Shown here piece by piece: positions 46,634-52,424 of a stretch of DNA of 52,424 nucleotides; positions within the stretch are counted from its first letter, which is position 1; each line of letters starts with the position of its first letter. Source of the DNA: Thermincola sp. (GTDB lineage: Bacteria > Bacillota > Thermincolia > Thermincolales > UBA2595); the NCBI GenBank assembly GCA_022735835.1, contig DYZU01000164.1:1-52424 (forward strand), given 5' to 3'. The notes beneath the pieces are model-generated. The model was not told the origin of the DNA. It searched no databases and worked only from the letters and a program-made list of their open reading frames with translations. Made by a program: the position numbers and the translations under genes.

Positions 46634-46667
46634 GGATGGTTTGCTCCGCAAACCTTCCGATTTTTTT
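46634..46667 (+). terminator. Plus-strand rho-independent terminator with no plus-strand gene upstream
   Basis: GGATGGTTTGC-tcc-GCAAACCTTCC (10 bp, one mismatch) followed by GA and T7. It has a canonical U-tract only in the plus orientation. Confidence 0.55.
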
Positions 46668-46668
46668 A

Positions 46669-46723
46669 CTAGCACCTATCACCTAACACCTGCTCACTGT
46701 TCACTGCCTACTACCGGTTACTA
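46669..46723 (-). repeat. Heptad-periodic NAG array A (7 in-phase NAG triplets with 4-nt spacers, plus one out-of-phase UAG)
   Basis: Minus strand: UAG-uagg-CAG-ugaa-CAG-ugag-CAG-gugu-UAG-guga-UAG-gugc-UAG (46713->46669). It spans the lysA stop codon. Confidence 0.8.
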
Positions 46724-48053
46724 CGGACAGGGGTTTGTTTTTTTTCATCCTTTCAGGGATCACATCATTCCTTACCAGGTCATCAAGGGTCTCTCTTTTT
46801 ACAACGAGGTCGGCATGGCCGTCCTTGACAAACACTACTGCCGGGCGCATCAGACGGTTATAATTGCTGGACATTGAATAATTGTATGCCCCGGTGCAGA
46901 AAACCGCCAAAATATCTCCGGGTTCAATAGCAGGAACATGCAAGTCCCAGATTAACATATCACCGGACTCACAGCATTTCCCCGCAATAGAAACCTCATC
47001 TACCCTGGGCTGGTTGGCTTTATTGGCTACCACGGCCTCATAGCGGGCCTGGTAAAGGGCGGGCCTTGGATTATCAGTCATTCCCCCGTCTACAGCCACA
47101 TATTTTCTCACTCCGGGAATGTCCTTGACTGAACCGACCGTATAAAGTGTGGTCCCCGCCTCACCTACAATAGAACGTCCCGGCTCCACTATCACCCTGG
47201 GCATAGGGTAATTCATTTCTTCCGCCATGCGTCTGACGGTTTCCATGACTATGGCGGCATATGTTTTAATATTAGCCGGTTTGTCCCCTGAAACATAATA
47301 AATACCGAAACCGCCGCCCAGGTTAAGTTCCTCGAACCTGAACCCCGTCTCAGCATATACTTTGTTGTAAAAATCCATCATTACCTCGACCGTATGCTGG
47401 TACGATTCCAGTTCAAATATCTGTGAACCAATATGGCAGTGCAAGCCTTTTAAATTGATATTATTCAGTTCCAGCGCCTTTTTGATGCCTTCCATAGCCT
47501 GCCCGTTGCTCACTACCAGTCCGAACTTGGAATCTATCTGACCGGTCTGGATATATTCGTGAGTGTGGGCCTCAATTCCCGGAGTAACCCTCAGCAAAAT
47601 ATCCGCCTTGGTCCTTAAGGCGCCGCAGAGCCGTTCCAGGCATTCCAATTCATAAATATTATCTACAACAAACCTGCCAACCTTGGCTTCCAGGGCAAAG
47701 TTAACTTCCTCACGCGACTTGTTATTGCCGTGAAAATATATTTTTTCTGCGGGAAACCCGGCTTTTAAAGCCGTATAGAGTTCCCCGCCCGAGACCACAT
47801 CAAGGCCCAGTCCCTCGGATTCCACAAGACGGCACATGGCCAGTGTCAGAAAAGCCTTACTGGCATATATGACAAAGGAATCAGGGTATGTACCGGTAAA
47901 AGCCCCGTAATATTCCCGGCACTTTTCCCTGATTAACTGTTCATCCATTACATAAAGAGGGGTCCCGAATTCCTTGGCCAGGTCAACGGTATCGCAACCG
48001 CCGATTTCCAGGTGACCCTTATCGTTTACTTGCATTGTTCCATGCAGCTTCAC
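46701..48053 (-). CDS. lysA: Diaminopimelate decarboxylase
   Basis: PLP-dependent Orn/DAP decarboxylase motifs (YASKAF, HCHIGSQ, GGGFG, CESGD). GGAGGG precedes the GTG at 48053 (VKLHGTMQVN). The ORF is open to 48131. Confidence 0.9.
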   Translation of the reverse strand: MKLHGTMQVNDKGHLEIGGCDTVDLAKEFGTPLYVMDEQLIREKCREYYGAFTGTYPDSFVIYASKAFLTLAMCRLVESEGLGLDVVSGGELYTALKAGFPAEKIYFHGNNKSREEVNFALEAKVGRFVVDNIYELECLERLCGALRTKADILLRVTPGIEAHTHEYIQTGQIDSKFGLVVSNGQAMEGIKKALELNNINLKGLHCHIGSQIFELESYQHTVEVMMDFYNKVYAETGFRFEELNLGGGFGIYYVSGDKPANIKTYAAIVMETVRRMAEEMNYPMPRVIVEPGRSIVGEAGTTLYTVGSVKDIPGVRKYVAVDGGMTDNPRPALYQARYEAVVANKANQPRVDEVSIAGKCCESGDMLIWDLHVPAIEPGDILAVFCTGAYNYSMSSNYNRLMRPAVVFVKDGHADLVVKRETLDDLVRNDVIPERMKKNKPLSVVTGSRQ

Positions 48054-48199
48054 AGTGTTCTTTCCCTCCTGAAAAAATGTCGCTTTTCCAAAACGGCATA
48101 GAGAAATTTTCATAAATTGTAACATATACAAAATTGTTAGTCAATAAATAAAGAGACCCGTCATGGCTCTTGGATTCACAACACGGGAGGGGTTTCCCC

Positions 48200-49231
48200 T
48201 CATCCCAAATTGTATTTTTCTCTGATCTGCCGGGATACTTCATGCAAGACCCGGAAAGCCTTTTCCACCGTTTCATTACCGTCCAAATTAACCAGGCAGC
48301 ACCTGGCCGGAGCAAGCCAAGCCTGGCTCAACACCTGTTTTTTCGGTATACCGCGGGCATCCAGGTAATCCCACATCTCTTCCAGTTTACTAGTTAGGGA
48401 GTCAACAGATTCCTGAATGAACTCCTCTGTCATGGTGGGCACAATACCCCAGGAAACGATGCCGCCGTTATCGAGAAACTCTTTGATTTGGTCGACATAC
48501 TTGACAAATATCGGCCCGTTGCTTAAGACGTCAATGGACAGGATATCAAGATCCACTCCCTTCAGCAAAAACGACCAGTCGGGGTTCCCGCATAAATGCA
48601 CCCCTTTGGGCCCCTCCAGAAGCGCCAGGAATTCTTGGAAGTCTTTCTTGGCCACCTCAGCGGGGTAACCCGTAAAAGACCCGAAAATGAAACTCAACCC
48701 CGGCTCGTCAATCCAGACAAAAGAATTGGGATTGACCTCAGCCAGCTCCCGGCGCTGGACATTAATTTTTCGGGCCAGAAATTCATACAAGAATACTCTT
48801 ACCTCATCATTGTATATGATCGGTTTTTTATTCTCGTCCGCGATCTTCAGGCCAAAACTGATAGGACCTATGGACTGGCCTCTGATCAAAGGATAATTCT
48901 TTAACCGGGGGTCGTTTAAAAATCTGCGGTACACAACTGAATATTTCCCGGCAATCCGGAAGAAATCGTCATTGTCATAATTCTCGACGTAGTTCGGCAG
49001 CTCTTCATAAAACCTGGCGGTGTCAAAAAATATTTTGTAATTGACATCATCTATCGTTACCCCGGGGAAATTTTCCGTAACCTGAACATACATGTCCTCG
49101 TAAAAATTCACGTGAGGCAGCTGGGGCCAGAACGGAATGTCCACACTGAAAGCTATTTTCATGGCCTCTTCAATATCTTTATGAGGCAGTATGCCCATGG
49201 CTGTAGTCTGGCAGTTTCCTTTTAGTTTCAT
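48200..49231 (-). CDS. MetE-C-terminal/uroporphyrinogen-decarboxylase-like TIM-barrel protein with putative Zn site
   Basis: WIDEPGL (compare the IDEPAL motif of MetE), HLCGN and ARCC candidate His/Cys ligands. 343 aa. Confidence 0.45.
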   Translation of the reverse strand: MKLKGNCQTTAMGILPHKDIEEAMKIAFSVDIPFWPQLPHVNFYEDMYVQVTENFPGVTIDDVNYKIFFDTARFYEELPNYVENYDNDDFFRIAGKYSVVYRRFLNDPRLKNYPLIRGQSIGPISFGLKIADENKKPIIYNDEVRVFLYEFLARKINVQRRELAEVNPNSFVWIDEPGLSFIFGSFTGYPAEVAKKDFQEFLALLEGPKGVHLCGNPDWSFLLKGVDLDILSIDVLSNGPIFVKYVDQIKEFLDNGGIVSWGIVPTMTEEFIQESVDSLTSKLEEMWDYLDARGIPKKQVLSQAWLAPARCCLVNLDGNETVEKAFRVLHEVSRQIREKYNLG

Positions 49232-49237
49232 TAAAAT

Positions 49238-50638
49238 TCACCTGTCTTTTAGCGCAATTTTTTTTTCTAACATGCGTGTAAACTCCTCGGCCGGGAGAGG
49301 CCGGCTGAATAGATAACCCTGTATTTCGTTACACTGCTGCCGTTTTAAAAAAGCAAGCTGTTCCTCAGTCTCCACTCCCTCCGCAATAACTTTAAGATTT
49401 AAATTCTGGGCCAGGGCTATAATTGCCTTGGTGATGGCAGCATCCTCCCGGCCCTCCGTAACGTCGCGGACAAAGGACTTGTCAATTTTCAGGGTATGGT
49501 TGGGGAAATATTTTAAGTAATTAAACGATGAGTAGCCGGTACCAAAGTCATCAATGGCAATTCGGACTCCCAGGTCTCTAAGCTCCCGCAGCGTTGAGAT
49601 AGTGTGTTCAACATCCTGCATAGCTACAGTCTCAGTAATCTCCAGCTCCAGCCACCGGGGATCCAATCCTGTTTCTTTTAAAATTCTATCCACTGTTTCC
49701 ACCAGGTCTTTCTGCTGGAACTGCCGCGCCGAAAGGTTTACGGTCACGCGCAGGGGCGGAAATCCCGCATCCTGCCAGGCTTTGTTTTGAGCACATGCGG
49801 TCCGCAGCACCCATTCCCCAATGGGGACGATCAGCCCGGTTTCTTCGGCATAGGGAATAAACTCCGCGGGAAACACCGTTCCACGTTCCGGGTGCTCCCA
49901 GCGGACAAGAGCCTCCATTCCAATAATCTGTCCCGTTTCGGTATTTATCTGCGGCTGGTAATGGATAACAAACTCCTGGCGCTCCAGCGCCCTGCGCAGA
50001 GCTATCTCCGAGGTCAGGCGTTCCATGTTCTGATCGCTCATCTCCGCAGTATATAATTGATAATTATTTCCCTGTTCTTTAGCCCTGTACATAGCGGTGT
50101 CGGCATTCTTCATCAACGTATCCGCATCTTGGCCGTCGTTCGGGTAGACGGCTATCCCGATGCTGGGTGTGATATAGAATTCCTGGCCGCCAAGCCGCCA
50201 TGGTTTCTTCAGGGCTTTCAGAATCTTTTTGGCAATCTTAACCGCGTCTTCGGGCTGAGCAATTTCCGGCAGCAGAAAACAGAACTCATCACCGCCCATC
50301 CGGGCGACTGTATCGCTTTTCCGCACACAACTTTTGAGCCTGTCTGCAACCCGCTTGAGCAGCCTGTCTCCCATAGCATGTCCCAAAGTGTCATTCACCA
50401 GTTTAAAGCGGTCCAGGTCAAGAAACATTACAGCCAGCATCTGGTGGTTGCGTTCGGCGTGAGCCAGTTCCATATGAAGGCGGTCATTAAACAGCATCCT
50501 GTTGGGCAAGCCGGTTAGAGCATCGTGTACCGACATATACATGAGATGCTCTTCGGCGCTCTTTAGTTCGGCTATCTGCCGGCGCATTTCGGCCAATTCC
50601 TTAATCAGCTGCTCCACAGACTTTTCTTCGTCAGTCAT
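49238..50638 (-). CDS. Bifunctional diguanylate cyclase / phosphodiesterase (coiled coil - GGDEF - EAL)
   Basis: Intact GGDEF with an RKSD I-site 5 residues upstream. EAL motifs EALVRW, DDFGTGYSS, KIDKSF, EGVET. AGGGGT lies 9 nt upstream of the ATG at 50638. Confidence 0.9.
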   Translation of the reverse strand: MTDEEKSVEQLIKELAEMRRQIAELKSAEEHLMYMSVHDALTGLPNRMLFNDRLHMELAHAERNHQMLAVMFLDLDRFKLVNDTLGHAMGDRLLKRVADRLKSCVRKSDTVARMGGDEFCFLLPEIAQPEDAVKIAKKILKALKKPWRLGGQEFYITPSIGIAVYPNDGQDADTLMKNADTAMYRAKEQGNNYQLYTAEMSDQNMERLTSEIALRRALERQEFVIHYQPQINTETGQIIGMEALVRWEHPERGTVFPAEFIPYAEETGLIVPIGEWVLRTACAQNKAWQDAGFPPLRVTVNLSARQFQQKDLVETVDRILKETGLDPRWLELEITETVAMQDVEHTISTLRELRDLGVRIAIDDFGTGYSSFNYLKYFPNHTLKIDKSFVRDVTEGREDAAITKAIIALAQNLNLKVIAEGVETEEQLAFLKRQQCNEIQGYLFSRPLPAEEFTRMLEKKIALKDR

Positions 50639-50666
50639 GGATAAAGCACCCCTTCGTGCGGTCAAT

Positions 50667-50706
50667 AAAAAAACCTACTGCCGAACTGGACTTCGAAGCA
50701 AGTAGG
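50667..50706 (-). terminator. Expression-platform terminator of the c-di-GMP riboswitch
   Basis: Minus strand: CCUACUUGCUUCGAA-guccag-UUCGGCAGUAGG followed by U7. It ends ~28 nt before the GGDEF-EAL start. Confidence 0.8.
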
Positions 50707-50711
50707 AATTT

Positions 50712-50908
50712 TCGGCAACCGGCTGTCCTAACAAATCAGTGCCTGTGGCCAGTGGTCAGTTGCCAGTTCTTTGGCCGGCGAGTTACCTTAGAACTACTTA
50801 CTATCCATTATTAACTGCGCACTGCCCACTGCTTACTGCTCACTGTTTTGTTGTAGACCCTTGGCTTTGCGTCCCTGCTTTTCAGCAGGTTTGCCCTTGT
50901 CTGGAATA
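50712..50908 (-). promoter_or_regulatory. c-di-GMP-I (GEMM-I) riboswitch aptamer with an enlarged second hairpin
   Basis: Minus strand: ACAAGGGCAAACC-UGCU-GAAA-AGCA-GGGACGCAAAGCC... at 50900-50860, and a 3-prime core UAGGACAGCCGGUUGCCGA at 50730-50712. Both match the conserved GEMM-I cores as remembered from Vc2. Confidence 0.85.
50787..50845 (-). repeat. Heptad-periodic NAG array B (9 in-phase triplets, 8 of them NAG) inside the riboswitch insertion
   Basis: Minus strand: CAG-ugag-CAG-uaag-CAG-uggg-CAG-ugcg-CAG-uuaa-UAA-ugga-UAG-uaag-UAG-uucu-AAG. It shares the 12-mer AACAGTGAGCAG with array A. Confidence 0.8.
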
Positions 50909-51010
50909 AGTTCCTGTGTTTTCTAATACGTATTTATTTCGACATTATTCTCTAAATCCCTGCAAACTTTTAACAATTTTACCTGAGGAGTTTTTGTTGT
51001 GGCTTATGCA

Positions 51011-51042
51011 CAAAAACGGGTCTGCACCACCGAGCAGACTCC
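51011..51042 (-). terminator. Probable terminator of ilvE
   Basis: Minus strand: GUCUGC-ucgguggu-GCAGAC, then CCG and UUUUUG, about 20 nt after the ilvE stop. Confidence 0.5.
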
Positions 51043-51060
51043 GTAAAGTATATTGCTTTA

Positions 51061-52131
51061 TTATTCTATTTCTTCCATCCAATTATATTTATCTTCTTTG
51101 GTGCCATACTGGATACCGGTAATTTCGTCATAAAGTTTCAGAGACGTTTCGCCGGCTTCGCCGTTATTGACGGTAATGACTTTGCCTCCCCAGTTTAAGG
51201 AAGAAACCGGGGAGATCACGGCTGCTGTGCCTGTTCCGAATATCTCCTGAAGAGCGCCTTTGTCGTGGGCCTCATATACCTCGTTAATGGACAGTGGCTC
51301 CTCGCCGACATCCATCCGCCATTCTCTGGCCAGGTGGAGTACAGACTCCCTGGTTATCCCCCCCAGAATGCTGCCTTCCAGCGGGGGGGTAATCAATCTG
51401 TTGTTAATTTTAAAGAAGATATTCATTGTTCCTACTTCTTCAATATATTTCTTGTGGATGCCGTCCAGCCAGAGAACCTGGGTATAACCCTGAGCTTTGG
51501 CCTCTTCCGCAGCCAGGATGCTGGCAGCGTAGTTGCCCGGGGTTTTAGCGGTTCCGATACCGCCTTTTACAGCCCGGACATACTTGGTCTCAACCCATAT
51601 TTTCACAGGTTTAAACCCTTCCGGGTAATAAGCCCCAACCGGGGACAGGATGATAAAAAGCCTGTATGTATAAGACGGACGCACTCCGATGTACGGGTCC
51701 ATGGCAATAATAAACGGCCTGATATACAACGAAGTTCCTTCACTGGAAGGCACCCAATCCTTTTCTATGCTCAGGAGTTTCTTTAGAGCGCCAAGTACAA
51801 ACTCTACATCAATCGCCGGAATGCACAACCGTTCGGCCGACCGGTTCATTCTCTCCAGGTAAGACCTGGGCCGGAATATTTTTACTTTACCGTCTGCTGT
51901 GCGGTAAGCCTTAATTCCTTCGAAAATAGCTTGTCCATAATGCAGGACCATATTGGAAGGCTCAATGCAAAATGGTCCGTACGGTTCTATTCTGGGACTG
52001 TGCCATCCTTTATCGGTTTCATAATCCATCACAAACATGTGATCTGTAAAAATAGTGCCAAAACCCAACTTCCCGTTCTGGGGCTTCTCCTTAGGATTCT
52101 TTGTCAAATTAATGCTTAGCTCAGTACTCAT
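51061..52131 (-). CDS. ilvE: Branched-chain amino acid aminotransferase
   Basis: 356-aa class IV aminotransferase with FGTIFTDHMF and GIKAYR... motifs. Confidence 0.92.
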   Translation of the reverse strand: MSTELSINLTKNPKEKPQNGKLGFGTIFTDHMFVMDYETDKGWHSPRIEPYGPFCIEPSNMVLHYGQAIFEGIKAYRTADGKVKIFRPRSYLERMNRSAERLCIPAIDVEFVLGALKKLLSIEKDWVPSSEGTSLYIRPFIIAMDPYIGVRPSYTYRLFIILSPVGAYYPEGFKPVKIWVETKYVRAVKGGIGTAKTPGNYAASILAAEEAKAQGYTQVLWLDGIHKKYIEEVGTMNIFFKINNRLITPPLEGSILGGITRESVLHLAREWRMDVGEEPLSINEVYEAHDKGALQEIFGTGTAAVISPVSSLNWGGKVITVNNGEAGETSLKLYDEITGIQYGTKEDKYNWMEEIE

Positions 52132-52164
52132 GTAACTTCCTCCTCATATATAAATGCTGATACA

Positions 52165-52204
52165 TATAAAAATAAAGTTCGCGGCGAGGAGTCAAACGGC
52201 CGCA
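52165..52204 (-). promoter_or_regulatory. Weak terminator-like hairpin in the ilvE leader
   Basis: Minus strand: GCGGC-13 nt-GCCGC, then GAACUUUAUUUUU, about 35 nt upstream of the ilvE ATG. Confidence 0.3.
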
Positions 52205-52265
52205 AACATGTGGTCGTCCGTGGAAGTTATCGCGCTCCGAACCAAAATAAAACATGGCTAAATAT

Positions 52266-52296
52266 ATTGTAACAGCTATATACATGGTTAAGTCAA
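52266..52296 (-). promoter_or_regulatory. Candidate ilvE promoter
   Basis: Minus strand: TTGACT, a long 19-nt spacer, then TGt-TACAAT. Confidence 0.35.
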
Positions 52297-52424
52297 GACA
52301 AATATTTAAAAAAATGTCTGGAAAATCAAAGGGGGCTGTCCCAAAAGTCAACTTTAATGCTTTTGATAAACAGCGAGGAAGGGCCGGGTATCTTCCTTCA
52401 GGGCGGCAACAACTCAGCCAGCAA

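Noticed and set aside
46669-46723. The heptad arrays (here and at 50787-50845) as a CRISPR array or as coding repeats.
   Set aside because: The 7-nt units are far too short and have no spacers of CRISPR size. In array A they lie mostly outside or at the extreme end of an ORF. In array B they lie inside a riboswitch.
52132-52424. T-box riboswitch upstream of ilvE.
   Set aside because: No T-box core sequence or specifier-loop architecture was recognised. GGTTCGGAGCGCG does not match the core. Only a weak hairpin is present. The 76-aa ORF 52121..52351 overlapping this leader is judged spurious.

Overview
The window is a 52.4-kb chromosomal segment that looks like an endospore-forming Firmicute, probably Clostridia (Peptococcaceae/Desulfotomaculum-like gene content). 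This is inferred from spoIIP, spmA/spmB, ytfJ/ytfI, the YIEGIA cluster and an IspH-S1 fusion. About 48 of 52 genes lie on the minus strand and most are housekeeping.

Gene blocks:
- gpsA-plsY-der.
- A sporulation-associated DUF cluster.
- ispH/S1 and cmk.
- A large aromatic supraoperon: hutP-like, aroH, leader, trpEGDCFBA, DAHP synthase, terminator, DAHP synthase, tyrA, aroA.
- lrgAB, nadE, rluB, scpAB, trpS, a DHH-CBS-CCA enzyme, lysA, a GGDEF-EAL gene and ilvE.
- One accessory-looking segment (27.6-33.9 kb) holds the only plus-strand operon, an orphan ChlI-like AAA+ ATPase plus a large VWA protein. It also holds HDOD, CheX and three small proteins of unknown function.

RNA-level signals I consider best supported:
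1. A TRAP-type attenuator with 12 (G/U)AG triplets in exact 5-nt register upstream of trpE.
2. A c-di-GMP-I (GEMM-I) riboswitch with its own terminator upstream of the GGDEF-EAL gene. It carries an unusually long insertion in its second hairpin.
3. Two arrays of NAG triplets with an exact 7-nt period, at 46.7 kb and inside the riboswitch insertion. This is the spacing recognised by HutP-type antiterminators. A HutP-family gene with no hut genes nearby sits at the head of the aroH-trp block.

Linking the HutP-like protein to the heptad arrays is a hypothesis, not a demonstrated system.

All protein calls rest on motifs and family resemblance recognised by eye. No database search, HMM, Rfam scan or folding program was run. 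No rRNA, tRNA, CRISPR array or transposase was seen.
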